Below, piece by piece: positions 1 to 10,377 of a stretch of DNA of 64,000 bases (its first letter is position 1; every line of letters begins with the position of its first letter). The DNA is taken from assembly GCF_900104455.1 (NCBI RefSeq), contig NZ_FNHB01000001.1:1257793-1321792 (forward strand), read 5' to 3'. The position numbers and the translations under genes are program-made. The stretch comes from Dendrosporobacter quercicolus (GTDB taxonomy: Bacteria; Bacillota; Negativicutes; DSM-1736; Dendrosporobacteraceae). The notes beneath the pieces are model-generated. The model saw only the letters and a program-made list of their open reading frames with translations, was not told where the DNA came from and did no database searches.

Positions 1-955
1 TAAACACTGCCGGCATAGCATCGCGGGGAAACATGAACCCGGAAAGCAGTATGCTTGGCAAAAATATAAAAAATGACAGCTGCATGGCCTGCATTTGTGT
101 TTTTGTTACAGTGGAAATCAATATGCCCAGCGCCAGGGAAGCAATAATAAAAAAAGAGGTTAACGCATACAGCAGGACAAGGCTTCCCCTGATCGGCAGG
201 TCAAAGGCGGCGATTCCTACCAGAATGGCAACGGTAACCTGTACATATCCCACAATGCTGTACGGGATAATCTTCCCCAGCATAAGCTCCCAGCTTTTCA
301 TCGGCGTAACGATCAATTGCTCCAGCGTCCCCCGTTCGCGTTCCCGAACAATCGCCATTGAGGTAATCATCACCATGGTCATTGTTAAAATAACGCCCGT
401 AATACCCGGAACCATATAAAATGCGGACACAAAATCCCGGTTATACCAGGGCCGGATACGGATCTCATACGGACTTTGTTCGGCATGGCCCGTGTAGCCC
501 TTCATTTTTTGCAGCAATATTTGCTGTGATTTCAATTGGCTGACCAATTGAGCCGCACTAATGGCTGAAGAAGCAGACAGCGAATCGGAAGCATCTACAA
601 TCATTTGTACGGTCGCCGTCCGCCCATGCTTTAGCTGACTGGAAAAATCAGGAGGGATAATCACCCCCACCTTGGCTTTGCCGGAATCAACCGCCTCATT
701 GATCTCCTGGAAATTCCGGGCGGTATAGTGAATATCAAAATACCCGCTGGCGGTTAAAGAATTCAGCAGGTCGCGGCTATCCTGCTGGAGGGACTGGTCA
801 AAAACAATGGTCGGCAAATGCTTAACGTCGGTATTGATTGCATAGCCAAACAGCATAAGCTGTGCGACCGGTACCAGCAGCATCATCGCCAGCGTCAACC
901 GGTCCCGCCGCATTTGCAGGAACTCTTTGATCAGGATTGCCCGCAGCCTTTTCAT
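1..955 (-). CDS. ABC-2 type transporter permease (5' part; runs off the window start)
   Basis: Minus-strand reading from ATG at 955..953 gives MKRLRAILIKEFLQMRRDR..., typical of an ABC-2 permease N-terminus. It overlaps the stop of the upstream ATPase gene by 4 nt (operon-like). The plus-strand ORF 33..419 is a shadow of it. Confidence 0.55.
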   Translation of the reverse strand, partial: MKRLRAILIKEFLQMRRDRLTLAMMLLVPVAQLMLFGYAINTDVKHLPTIVFDQSLQQDSRDLLNSLTASGYFDIHYTARNFQEINEAVDSGKAKVGVIIPPDFSSQLKHGRTATVQMIVDASDSLSASSAISAAQLVSQLKSQQILLQKMKGYTGHAEQSPYEIRIRPWYNRDFVSAFYMVPGITGVILTMTMVMITSMAIVRERERGTLEQLIVTPMKSWELMLGKIIPYSIVGYVQVTVAILVGIAAFDLPIRGSLVLLYALTSFFIIASLALGILISTVTKTQMQAMQLSFFIFLPSILLSGFMFPRDAMPAVF

Positions 956-1857
956 GTTATTTCTCCCTCCCGCTGACACTTTACTAAATAAACGAAAACA
1001 TCTTCCAAACCGGGATTGATTCTTTTCCATTTATAAGAAGATAGCTGCTCGAGCTGGTGCGCTTCCAAAAGAATATGTACGCCGGCCCCGGATGGATAAC
1101 GGTCAAGACAGCAAATCCGCTCCTCTTCCAGTTGCTCCAGTAATTGCATGGGTTCGGCGGTATCAATGCGGACCAATACGCCCGGAATCAGCTTTTTCAA
1201 GCGCGAGGGTGCTTCATTTGCAATTAACTTACCTTCAAACATAAAGCCGATCATATCACAATGTTCAGCTTCATCCATAAAATGAGTGGTAACCATAACG
1301 GTAGTTCCTTGCCCGGCCAGTTGATAAATAATATCCCAAAACAGCCGTCTCGACTTAGGATCTACGCCTCCGGTCGGTTCATCCAAAAAGAGGATTGACG
1401 GACGGTGAATAATCGAACAGCTCAAAGCCAGCCGCTGTTTCCAGCCGCCGGACAAATTGGCGGCCAATTCATGCCGCCGGTCTTTGATCCCGGCCAGAAC
1501 CAGCATATCCTCAATTCTTTCTTTTGCCGTGCTGCGCGGCAGGCTGTACATACCGGCATAAAACTTTAAATTTTCCAAAACCGTCAGATCATCGTAAAGG
1601 CTGAACTTCTGGCTCATGTAGCCAATTTTTTGTTTAATCGCTTCGCTGTCGCGAATAATATCCAGGCCCAATATTTTCCCTTCCCCCGCAGTTGGCTGCA
1701 GCAGACCGCATAGCATCCGGATTGTCGTGGATTTACCCGATCCGTTCGGACCGAGAAAGCCATAGATAGAGCCTTGTTTGATTTTCAGTGAAATATGATT
1801 TACAGCAATAAAGCCGCCAAAACGGCGGAAAAGATTGTTGATTTCCACGGCATACAT
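952..1857 (-). CDS. ABC transporter ATP-binding protein
   Basis: Walker A GPNGSGKST, ABC signature LSGGWKQR, Walker B ILFLDEPT, H-loop. Confidence 0.9.
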   Translation of the reverse strand: MYAVEINNLFRRFGGFIAVNHISLKIKQGSIYGFLGPNGSGKSTTIRMLCGLLQPTAGEGKILGLDIIRDSEAIKQKIGYMSQKFSLYDDLTVLENLKFYAGMYSLPRSTAKERIEDMLVLAGIKDRRHELAANLSGGWKQRLALSCSIIHRPSILFLDEPTGGVDPKSRRLFWDIIYQLAGQGTTVMVTTHFMDEAEHCDMIGFMFEGKLIANEAPSRLKKLIPGVLVRIDTAEPMQLLEQLEEERICCLDRYPSGAGVHILLEAHQLEQLSSYKWKRINPGLEDVFVYLVKCQREGEIT

Positions 1858-2757
1858 TTAAGCCACCTCATTTGCCAATACCACAAACACATCTTCCAGG
1901 GTAGGCTCTATTTCTTCCAGTCCGGTAATTGCAATGCCCGCCGCCGCTAGCGCCTGACGGATCCTGGTTGCCGCATCACCGGCATTGTTTACCGCCAAAT
2001 GATAGGTCTCGCCGAAGCTATTGATGTCCAGAATGGGACAGTCTGCCAAATGCCGTTTTATGTTGCGGTCACTTGCCCGCAATTCCAGCACTTTATAGGG
2101 ATATCTTTGGCGTAAGCCCTGCGGCGAATCACAGGAAACAATGCGCCCTTGATGCATAAACGCAATCCGCGTACAAAACTCCGCTTCATCCATATAGGGA
2201 GTCGAAACAAAAATAGTTGTGCCTTCCTTATTGAGATTATACAGCATTTGCCAAAACTCGCGGCGGGAAACCGGATCGACGCCAGTGGTAGGCTCGTCGA
2301 GCAGAAAGAGGCGGGGCTGGTGCATTAAACCGGCCGCCAGTGCTAATTTTTGCTTCATACCGCCCGATAAATGATCGGCTAAACGATCCTTGAACGGCAG
2401 TATTTTGGTAAATCCTAAAATATGTTCGGCCAATACTTCGATCTGTTCTTTGTTTTGGCCGTACAGCGCCCCAAACAGACGAATGTTTTCCAAAACGGTT
2501 AAGTCGCCATACAGGCTGAATTTTTGCGGAACATAGCCAATATGCTCCCTGGCTGTTTCCAGCTTGTCGGAACCCATAACGCTAACCGTTCCGGAAGTGG
2601 GGGCCAGCAGCCCGGTCAGTATACGCATCATCGTTGTTTTACCGGCGCCGTCCGGTCCCACCAGGCCAAAGATTTCACCAGCTCTCACTTCCAGCGACAC
2701 ATTATTTACCGCCTGTATGGTCTGGTAAGCCTTCGATACATTGCTCAGGGCAATCAT
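1858..2757 (-). CDS. ABC transporter ATP-binding protein (second ATPase)
   Basis: Walker A GPDGAGKTT, signature LSGGMKQK, Walker B LFLLDEPT; adjacent tandem to the other ATPase. Confidence 0.9.
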   Translation of the reverse strand: MIALSNVSKAYQTIQAVNNVSLEVRAGEIFGLVGPDGAGKTTMMRILTGLLAPTSGTVSVMGSDKLETAREHIGYVPQKFSLYGDLTVLENIRLFGALYGQNKEQIEVLAEHILGFTKILPFKDRLADHLSGGMKQKLALAAGLMHQPRLFLLDEPTTGVDPVSRREFWQMLYNLNKEGTTIFVSTPYMDEAEFCTRIAFMHQGRIVSCDSPQGLRQRYPYKVLELRASDRNIKRHLADCPILDINSFGETYHLAVNNAGDAATRIRQALAAAGIAITGLEEIEPTLEDVFVVLANEVA

Positions 2758-3740
2758 TGAATAACCACATCCGCAGGCATTCCCGGTTTGAAAACGCCGT
2801 CAGAATTATCAAGCTTAACTTTAACATAAAACACCAAATTTGCCCGCTCCCGCTGGGTTATGCTTTGGCGGGGGGTAAATTCGGCATTTTGACTAATCTC
2901 TTTAATGGTACCGGCAAACGTCCGGTCGGAATAGGCGTCAATGTGAACATCGACCGGCTGATTTAATTGAATCCGGCCGAGCTGTTCCGAAGAAACATAG
3001 ACTTTGACCCAGCAATCACTTAAGTCGCCAATCGTAGCAACCGCCGAACCTACGCTGAGGTACTCCCCATTTTCAAAATTTTTGGTTAATACCACGCCAT
3101 TCATCGGACTGCTCACAACGGTATCGGCCAAATCCGAACGGGTTACGTCAATCACAGCCCGCAAGCGCTCCACCTCGGCCCGCTGGGCTTCAATGATATC
3201 CGGACGGGTGCCTTCTACGACAAGGCTCTTTCTGGACTGAGCTGCAAGCATGCTGTTTTCGGCAACATCATAACTTGCCTGAACAGCGTCCAGCTGCTGC
3301 GCGGAAATTGCATGATCCTGAAAGAGAACGAGATAACGTTTTAAATCATTTTTCGCTTTATGATAGGTTGCCTGCGCTGATGCCATTTCCGCCTTGGCCT
3401 GTTCAATCTCCTGCGCTCTCGCGCCTTTTTCATAATCCGCCAATTGCAATTCGGCCCTGTGTAAGGCGGCCTCATCAGCCAGCAATTGCGCCTTTAAATC
3501 CTTGCGGCTGATTCTTGCAATCACCTGGCCGGCTTGAACCGTATCACCCGCCTGAATGCTCAGCTCGGACATATAGCCGTTTGTCTTGGGCACAATATCA
3601 GCCAGCGTCACCTCTACCGTACCGGTGGCAGTGATCCCCTTTTCCCCGGGCAAATACAGCTTATAGCCACTGACCCCCGCCAAAACCAATAACACTATGC
3701 CAATTCCCATGATTTTTTTTAACCCGGCCTGATTCTTCAT
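2754..3740 (-). CDS. HlyD-family membrane fusion / secretion protein
   Basis: N-terminal TM anchor (IMGIGIVLLVLAG), long coiled-coil segment, C-terminal beta-barrel region typical of HlyD/EmrA. Start chosen at ATG 3740 with GGAGGGG RBS. Overlaps downstream ATPase start. Confidence 0.8.
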   Translation of the reverse strand: MKNQAGLKKIMGIGIVLLVLAGVSGYKLYLPGEKGITATGTVEVTLADIVPKTNGYMSELSIQAGDTVQAGQVIARISRKDLKAQLLADEAALHRAELQLADYEKGARAQEIEQAKAEMASAQATYHKAKNDLKRYLVLFQDHAISAQQLDAVQASYDVAENSMLAAQSRKSLVVEGTRPDIIEAQRAEVERLRAVIDVTRSDLADTVVSSPMNGVVLTKNFENGEYLSVGSAVATIGDLSDCWVKVYVSSEQLGRIQLNQPVDVHIDAYSDRTFAGTIKEISQNAEFTPRQSITQRERANLVFYVKVKLDNSDGVFKPGMPADVVIQ

Positions 3741-3899
3741 GTTCGCCCCTCCATATTGAATCCATAGAAATCCAAACCTCTGCCGAAAAAACTTCATTCA
3801 GAATGCCCGGAGCATTGGTTTTCTCAACTACAGTATTGCCTGACAAAACGATGGCTGAACCTTACACAAGCATTCATCACCGCAGCTCTTTCATAAATC

Positions 3900-3915
3900 A
3901 ATCAATCGATTGATT
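3900..3915. promoter_or_regulatory. 16-bp perfect palindrome AATCAATCGATTGATT in the HlyD-operon upstream region (candidate operator)
   Basis: Read directly from the sequence; lies between the hydrolase terminator and the HlyD start. Confidence 0.35.
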
Positions 3916-3960
3916 TAATCATATCACTGATTACAAAATTCTGTCAATCATTCCTCCAAT

Positions 3961-4004
3961 AAATAAAAAAGCTGAGCAAGGTTTCTTAATGAAACAGCTC
4001 AGCT
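3961..4004 (-). terminator. Rho-independent terminator ending the PKS operon
   Basis: Minus strand: AGCTGAGC-loop-GCTCAGC followed by TTTTTTATTT, immediately 3' of the hydrolase gene. Confidence 0.6.
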
Positions 4005-4039
4005 TCTATCAGCGCATTGCATAACCGGTATAAAGAAAG

Positions 4040-5113
4040 CTATTTTGCAAATAGCCTGTCAGCAAACCAGTCTACCAGATACCGCTGCACTTCCGTAGCA
4101 TCGAAGGTTGCACAATGATCAAATCCCGGGTAAATTTTTAACGTCTTATCCGTCGACGAAGCTTCCTGGAAAATTCGTTTCGCTCCGGCCACCGGGAAAA
4201 GAGGATCCTGTTCATTGTGGATAATGAGCAGCGGACAAGTTATTTTTTCGGCTATCCCGGCCAGCGTCATTTTAGACAGGAAATGCTCCTTTACATAGTC
4301 TATATCTTTGCCAAAGCGGATAGCCAGCTTCTCTAAGGCGTTGGGATAAACCGAAATCATTTCTTCCGGCTGATAGGAACCGCCGCGACATACGCAGCCG
4401 CCTAACTGACCGGACAAAAATCCTGCCGCACGGGCAACAAGATAGCCGCCGAAACTAGCGCCAAACAGTCCGATTTTTCCACCAATAGCGCTCCGGCTCA
4501 GTAGGTAATCGAAAATTACCTCATACGCTTTTTCATGCTCCACTTCATAGTAGGATTGATTAAAATATAAGGATTCGCCCTGCCCCGGCCCGTCGATGAG
4601 AAAAACGCCCAGCCCCCGCTCAACCAGCGACACCGCTATCGTATGCACTTCTTCCTTAAATCCGGTAAGACCGCCTGTGGCAACAACAACCGGAACAGCT
4701 CCCGGGGCCTGCTTGGGGAGCAGCAGCCAGCCGCTCAGCTTGGCGTTATGATAAGGAAGCGATACTTTTTCAGCCGTCATATTCTCATATAACTGAATGC
4801 CCCGCGAGTAACTGTCCAACAGCTTTCTATAGATTCTGAGCCTTTCATCCGTTATCGCAATAATATCATATTCACCGATCCGGTAGACCGCCGCAGCGTT
4901 GATGAAAAATATTTGCGCCGTCTCCCTGTGTCCGTTTTTTAATTCTTCTTCGGCAGCCGCAAACCATTTATCGCCAAGCTCCTCGCAGACTCTTACATGA
5001 TCCTCACCGCGGCCTACTCTGTCGATAATTCTGGTATAATCGGTGTGGTCAAGACCGCTGGCCATCATTCGATTAAAGTTTTGAAAAACGGGACTTTTTC
5101 TGTTTGCGCTCAT
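4040..5113 (-). CDS. alpha/beta-fold hydrolase (S9/esterase-like); possible product-release or tailoring enzyme
   Basis: GASFGG nucleophile elbow (GxSxG) and later Asp/His region. Start at ATG 5113 with GGAGGA RBS. Last gene of the PKS operon. Confidence 0.7.
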   Translation of the reverse strand: MSANRKSPVFQNFNRMMASGLDHTDYTRIIDRVGRGEDHVRVCEELGDKWFAAAEEELKNGHRETAQIFFINAAAVYRIGEYDIIAITDERLRIYRKLLDSYSRGIQLYENMTAEKVSLPYHNAKLSGWLLLPKQAPGAVPVVVATGGLTGFKEEVHTIAVSLVERGLGVFLIDGPGQGESLYFNQSYYEVEHEKAYEVIFDYLLSRSAIGGKIGLFGASFGGYLVARAAGFLSGQLGGCVCRGGSYQPEEMISVYPNALEKLAIRFGKDIDYVKEHFLSKMTLAGIAEKITCPLLIIHNEQDPLFPVAGAKRIFQEASSTDKTLKIYPGFDHCATFDATEVQRYLVDWFADRLFAK

Positions 5114-5153
5114 TATTATATCCTCCTTTTTGGCCCTGCACCTGCTGTGCATA

Positions 5154-6101
5154 TTATACCTTCTCCAAATATGCCTTTACCGTCTGCATCGTAATCATAC
5201 TGTTTTTCTCAATCGCTTGTTGAACAAGCGTCAAAGCCTCTTCCGGTTTGATCCCGCCCCATAGTTTTCGGACGCCCTCTTCCGCAAGAGCGATCCTGTG
5301 CCAGGATTCAAGATATACTCCATTCTTTTTATCGGTAATAACCCATCGACCTTCATGCCGTTGCAGAGCCGGCGGCAACGACGGCTGAAAATATTCAATC
5401 ATCCGATTGGCGTAGCCATGACGGATCGACCTCATGACCTCCAACTTTTCCCCTACGCCTACAACCGTCATCTCAAATTCCTGATTATGTCCGTCTTCAT
5501 AGAGAAGTTCAATTTTTTTACAATGCGGCAGTACCTGAGGCCATTCCTGCACCTGATACAGCAGGTCAAAGACTTGTCTGGCCGTTGACCTGATTTCAAT
5601 TCCCGACGAAAATACCGCCTCCGTCCGGCCTAAATGCTCGCTTTCCAAGAGCTTTTTTATGGCCTTCAATTCTTTGGTACTGTTATCTTCAATGGTGCGG
5701 TGCATAAACTGTATTGCATCTGTTGCGTTTTGAACCTCATCGACAACTCCTGCGACAGTGTCCTTAGGTTCAAACCTGTGTTCCAGCACCAGCAAGGCTC
5801 CTTGATTAAGGGTAAACATGTTCCAGCGGCCCTGCATGTACTTTACTAGCGGGCTTGGCTTGGACTGCTCAAAATCAATGCGATAAATATCCGGATACAA
5901 CCTTCGTTCTGACTGCCAGCTAAATTCCGTCTCATTGGACTCGGCCGTTATTGCGATAACCTGAAGATTGTCGCGCTCAGATATAATTTCGGCTTTTTTA
6001 CATGGAGGAAAATACTCAGGCCATTTTGCTACATTGGCGCATATATCGTAAACTCTGTCTACAGATGCGCTGATTTCGATCGAATGAAGGGTGATTTCCA
6101 T
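5154..6101 (-). CDS. di-domain SRPBCC aromatase/cyclase (ARO/CYC, ActVII/Gris-ORF4-like)
   Basis: Two tandem Polyketide_cyc2-like halves, each with a W-P-x-(Y/V)-(F/L)-P-x-C-K motif (WPEYFPPCKK and WPQVLPHCKK); 315 aa fits di-domain ARO/CYC. Confidence 0.7.
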   Translation of the reverse strand: MEITLHSIEISASVDRVYDICANVAKWPEYFPPCKKAEIISERDNLQVIAITAESNETEFSWQSERRLYPDIYRIDFEQSKPSPLVKYMQGRWNMFTLNQGALLVLEHRFEPKDTVAGVVDEVQNATDAIQFMHRTIEDNSTKELKAIKKLLESEHLGRTEAVFSSGIEIRSTARQVFDLLYQVQEWPQVLPHCKKIELLYEDGHNQEFEMTVVGVGEKLEVMRSIRHGYANRMIEYFQPSLPPALQRHEGRWVITDKKNGVYLESWHRIALAEEGVRKLWGGIKPEEALTLVQQAIEKNSMITMQTVKAYLEKV

Positions 6102-6143
6102 AAATTCAATACCTCCGCTTACAATTTTTTCTCTTCCCGCCCG

Positions 6144-6653
6144 CTAACTTTCAAGTGTAATTTTGCTCCGGCTGATCTGCTTGCCATCCATGAACATGTG
6201 ACTGAACAGAAAGATATTCACTCCTCCGCAAACAATTTCCAAAATTTGAAAAGCAAAAAAACTCAGATCAAACTGCGCATTTTGGGCAAAATAGTCCAGG
6301 ATAAAAGCCAATGGCGTCAGGAAAACAATCCCGTTGACACCAATCCATTTCATGCGCCTGGTTTTTGCCTCAATCAAGGGCTGACCGGGATAATAAGCCG
6401 CCAGCTTCCTCCCGGAAGCCACCAGCAAGGGCATACAAATTAGTACTATGGACAAACCATAAACAATCAATTTTTTTACTCCGGCAATTAATGCCGGTTC
6501 GCCAATCAGTTCTGCTGTTACGCTGGACAGCAGAAAGGTGCAAATAGTCAACAGCGCAATGACGGCTGTTATTTGATGAAATACTCTCACAGCAAACACT
6601 CCTTTTTTCCCTGACGGCAGCCGGGCAGGACAATCGATAGCAGAAGCCTGCAC
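6144..6653 (-). CDS. integral membrane protein (4-5 predicted TM helices), unknown function
   Basis: Hydrophobic stretches along the whole 169 aa; embedded in the PKS operon. Confidence 0.5.
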   Translation of the reverse strand: MQASAIDCPARLPSGKKGVFAVRVFHQITAVIALLTICTFLLSSVTAELIGEPALIAGVKKLIVYGLSIVLICMPLLVASGRKLAAYYPGQPLIEAKTRRMKWIGVNGIVFLTPLAFILDYFAQNAQFDLSFFAFQILEIVCGGVNIFLFSHMFMDGKQISRSKITLES

Positions 6654-6683
6654 AAGCGTTTATAGCGCTGCTTGCGGCTGGCA

Positions 6684-7137
6684 CTAAGGAAGAGCATAGG
6701 TAATTGTAACATTGGCAATGGCCGTCCCCCGGGGATCTTCAGCCGCAGCTTTTAGCTGCCTGCCGCTAAAGACCGACTCGCCCCGGATACCTGCAAAACG
6801 GCCGGTTCCTTTGACCAGTGTTCCGCATCCTTTATTGACAGGCAGTTTTCCATTTTGCCACGGCAGGGCGGACTGCCAGGAAATTATTATCAAGGATTTG
6901 TCTTCAAACTCCAGCCTGGTATACCCATTTGCCGTTCCCTCCCGGCCATTGGGGATATCGAAAGTTCCTACAAAAGAGTATTGCGCAGTTTCGCCATCCA
7001 TAAATTTCGCTGCTCCCTCCCGTTTTTGCACCCCCATCACATGCCCTTCCTCATCCTCGACCGGAAGCCATTCGGCAGAGACAATATAATTTATAACTTC
7101 GAAGCTCTTTACCTGTTGCCGCTTTTCTTTTCCCATC
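6684..7137 (-). CDS. hypothetical protein (about 150 aa) within PKS operon
   Basis: ORF with ATG at 7137 preceded by GGAGTGAG; no family recognised from sequence alone. Confidence 0.45.
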
Positions 7138-7164
7138 CGGATCTCACTCCTTTTACAAGCTGTT

Positions 7165-7932
7165 TTAAAAGCTGCCCAGCCCTCCGCAGACATTGATCGC
7201 CTGGACGGTAATACCCCTGGCCTTGTCCGAGGCCAAAAAAGAGACCATTGCGGCGACTTCATCAGGAACGATATATCTGCCGATAGGGATCATGCTTTCA
7301 AATTTCTTTTTCACCTCTTCCGGCGGAATGTTCAGCAGTTTACTGCTGGCTTCTCTGACTTTCTGCGCCATATCGCTTTCAACATAGCCAGGACATACGG
7401 CATTGACTGTTATTCCGGTTTTAGCCAGTTCCTTTCCCAGCGCCTTCGAAAACGCAATAACCCCCGCCTTAGAAGCGCTATAGGCCGAGCCAAAAGGCAC
7501 CCCCTGTTTGCCACCGGTGGACGCGATGTTGATAATCGCGCCGCCGGCGGTTAAATTGCCTTGGTTCAATACGGCTTTTGATACATAGTAAACACTGTTT
7601 AAGTTGGTGTTGATGATATCATGCCAAAGCGTATCGTCCATTTCCGCTGTTTTGCCGCCGCCGCTTCGCCCGGCGCAGTTAACCAGTACATCAATTTTCG
7701 CCACGTCTTTCATTACCTGGCCCATCATCGCCTCTACCGCTTCCTGTCTGGAAATATCACAGACAAACCAGGCCGAATGCCCGTCAAAACCAGCTATTTC
7801 CTTAGCCGCCGCTTCCAGTTGCGCTGCCGTTCTTGCCACCAAAACAACCTGAAAGCCGTCTTTCGCCAATTGTAAAGCGATTGATTTACCAATGCCTCTG
7901 CCCGCTCCTGTAACCAATGCTGTTTTTTTCAC
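7165..7932 (-). CDS. SDR-family ketoreductase (ActIII/FabG-like polyketide C9 ketoreductase candidate)
   Basis: TGAGRGIGKSIA Rossmann motif, NCAG, catalytic YSASK, 255 aa. Confidence 0.85.
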   Translation of the reverse strand: MKKTALVTGAGRGIGKSIALQLAKDGFQVVLVARTAAQLEAAAKEIAGFDGHSAWFVCDISRQEAVEAMMGQVMKDVAKIDVLVNCAGRSGGGKTAEMDDTLWHDIINTNLNSVYYVSKAVLNQGNLTAGGAIINIASTGGKQGVPFGSAYSASKAGVIAFSKALGKELAKTGITVNAVCPGYVESDMAQKVREASSKLLNIPPEEVKKKFESMIPIGRYIVPDEVAAMVSFLASDKARGITVQAINVCGGLGSF

Positions 7933-7977
7933 TGTCTCAAGCTCCTTTCCAAATCCTCTATTAACCAGTGAACCCGC

Positions 7978-8244
7978 TTACTTGGCAATATCCTGACGGA
8001 TAATTTCGAAACTGACCAAATTCTTCACATCCGGGCAGCAAGTTTCTATCTTGTCCGGATTATCCAGAGGCAAAACTCCGTCCCAGGCCAATGCCGCGAC
8101 AATCGGAAATATCGTGTGATAAGCCGCGCCGCAGAGTCCCCCTGAATCAGCGGGCGTAACTTTAAATATATCGCCTGTTTTATGCCCGGCCTTGCAGGTG
8201 CCGGTATTCGAAGTTACTTTGACCACAATCTCTTTTGTACTCAT
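7978..8244 (-). CDS. small Cys-rich conserved hypothetical protein (about 88 aa)
   Basis: ATG at 8244 with AGGAGG RBS; several Cys (TGTCKAGH..., CGAAYH..., CCPD). Confidence 0.5.
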   Translation of the reverse strand: MSTKEIVVKVTSNTGTCKAGHKTGDIFKVTPADSGGLCGAAYHTIFPIVAALAWDGVLPLDNPDKIETCCPDVKNLVSFEIIRQDIAK

Positions 8245-8266
8245 TCTCGCTCCTCCTAAACTCGAG

Positions 8267-9098
8267 TTATTCAAGCGCAACTACCCTGCACCAGCTTGCA
8301 TCGCTGCCAGTTAATTTAATCGGAAAGCAGCATACCTTAAACCCTGTCGGGTTTTGTATTTTATCTAAGTTGGCGAGACGTTCTATATGGCAATATTCTT
8401 TTTTTCGGCCTAAAAAATGAGCCGGCCATAAGTGCTTTACATCCTTGTCCCGCAGGTAATTGCCGATCATTCGCTGAAAAGGCGGATCAAACCCAAAACT
8501 GTCAATGCCGATAATCTTTACGCCACAGTCAATAAAATATTCTGTGGCTTCGGCGCTCACGCCCCGAAAACTGGCGAAATATTGCGGCGTACCTGCATAT
8601 TGATCGCCCCCGGTTTTCAGCAATACAATATCAAACGGTTGAATTTGATAATTTATTGCCTTAAGTTTTGCAATAACCTCCGCTTTTGAAACCGGCTCCT
8701 TTGCCGTCAAAGCTCCAAAATCCAACAATACACCATTTCCAAAGCACCATTCCAACGGAATATCTGTTATCGTTTTGGCTTTTTTTCCGGCAGAATCTGT
8801 ATCGCCGAAATGATAGGGAGCATCAAGATGCGTGCCTGTGTGGGTAGTAAGTTTATAAGTAAATAATGATAAGCCTTTTTCTTCCGGGAAATGCTTGTGG
8901 CTCAGTCCCCGGCCGACAACGTGTTTGAAACGTTCCACCAAGGTTAAGAACCAGTTGGTACCACGCATATAAATCAAATTTTCCCCCAGCAGGTCGGCGC
9001 CTTCTTTATGACCCACAATTTCACATTTTACCGGATTAGGCTCCCAGTCATTTACATCAATTGCGACACTTAAATCAACGATGCGGCAAGTATTCATA
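8267..9098 (-). CDS. cyclase-family protein (PF04199-like, kynurenine-formamidase fold)
   Basis: Signature HTGTHLDAPYHF (HxGTHxDxPxH) and downstream acidic residues; ATG at 9098. Confidence 0.65.
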
Positions 9099-9123
9099 GC
9101 TTTGTCCCCTGTCCTTTGTTTCT

Positions 9124-10377
9124 TTACTGCATTGCAGCGACTGACCCGATGACCAGGCTTGCACAAATTCCGCCATTGCCGCGTCCATTAATCATTACAT
9201 TATTAATTGTCCGTTCTCTTTGCGTTTCATGGACAATATTCAATTCAATTAAGGGATCGGCTACTTCATAGTTAAGTGTCGGTAAAACGGTATTATTTTC
9301 TATGGACATAGCTGCCCAAAATGCATCCAAAGCCCCGGCTGCTCCGTATAAATTGCCGGTCATCGTTTTAGGGACAGTAACCGGAACTGTGGAATACACC
9401 TTGTCCAGGCTTTTCTTAACCGCCCGGTACTCCCATAAATCGCCTAGCTCTGTTCCCAAACCGTCAGCAATGATTAAATCAATCTGCTGCTGGCTTAAAT
9501 CCGCATCAGCCAACGCCTCAGTCATCGTATAATCAAGCCCCAATTCCTGACCGGAAAGAAAACGGGGATGGCAGGCGACTGTGCTATCGCTAAACCCTTT
9601 GATCTCTCCGTATATTTTTGCTTCTCGCCGTTTTGCATGTTCGTATTCTTCCAGTACCAAAATCGCTGCTCCCTCGCCGGGAACCCATCCGTTTCTTCGC
9701 CGGTCAAAGGGCTGATAGACGCCACTTTCCGCAATTCTGTGCCGGGGTTCTTCAATGCCTTCCGTGCAAAGTGCGGCAAACGTAAAGGGATTGATTAACC
9801 CTTCAGTACCGCCCGCCAAAATAATATCCGCCCGTCCCTGCAAAACGGCTCTTGCCCCATAGCCAATCGCGGTCAGTCCGCTGGCTCTTCCGGAATCAAA
9901 GGTTTTACTGTGACCTCTCAGCTTGTTTTTGATCGTAATTTCACCTTGCGGCGCTGCCGGGAACCATGCCGTTCCTACAAAAGGGCTGAAATCGTCAATT
10001 CCATTTGTATGCAGCAGCCTCAGCTGAGGATCGTTAAAAGTCCATCCGCCAAAGCAATTTCCGATATAGACGCCGATTCGATCCGCATTCATTTGATTCA
10101 GCTTGATATCACTATCTTTGATCGCCAAATCGCTGGCGGCAATTGCGTATTTTGTGAATACGTCCAATTTGTGGGCTTGACGGGAAGAAATAAAATCCGT
10201 TTCCGCAAATCCCCTTACTTCACCGGCCATTTGCGCAGGCCAGTCCTGTACAGCAAATTTAGTGATCTGCTGTATATAATTCTTTCCGGCCACAGAATTT
10301 TCCCATACCTGATTTTTGCCAATGCCATTCGGCGCAATAACACCCAAACCGGTAATGACTACTTGTTTCGCGTTCAT
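9124..10377 (-). CDS. ketosynthase beta / chain-length factor (KS-like, no active-site Cys)
   Basis: Thiolase-fold KS N-terminus VVITGLGVIAPNGIG. Where KS-alpha has TGCAAGLDA, this protein has SGRASGLTA (Cys replaced). Start overlaps the KS-alpha stop (translational coupling). Confidence 0.75.
   Translation of the reverse strand: MNAKQVVITGLGVIAPNGIGKNQVWENSVAGKNYIQQITKFAVQDWPAQMAGEVRGFAETDFISSRQAHKLDVFTKYAIAASDLAIKDSDIKLNQMNADRIGVYIGNCFGGWTFNDPQLRLLHTNGIDDFSPFVGTAWFPAAPQGEITIKNKLRGHSKTFDSGRASGLTAIGYGARAVLQGRADIILAGGTEGLINPFTFAALCTEGIEEPRHRIAESGVYQPFDRRRNGWVPGEGAAILVLEEYEHAKRREAKIYGEIKGFSDSTVACHPRFLSGQELGLDYTMTEALADADLSQQQIDLIIADGLGTELGDLWEYRAVKKSLDKVYSTVPVTVPKTMTGNLYGAAGALDAFWAAMSIENNTVLPTLNYEVADPLIELNIVHETQRERTINNVMINGRGNGGICASLVIGSVAAMQ

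Noticed and set aside
33-419. Plus-strand 128-aa ORF at the window start
   Set aside because: It lies antisense inside the minus-strand ABC-2 permease, which has an in-phase start at 955 coupled to the ATPase operon. No RBS or homology supports it.
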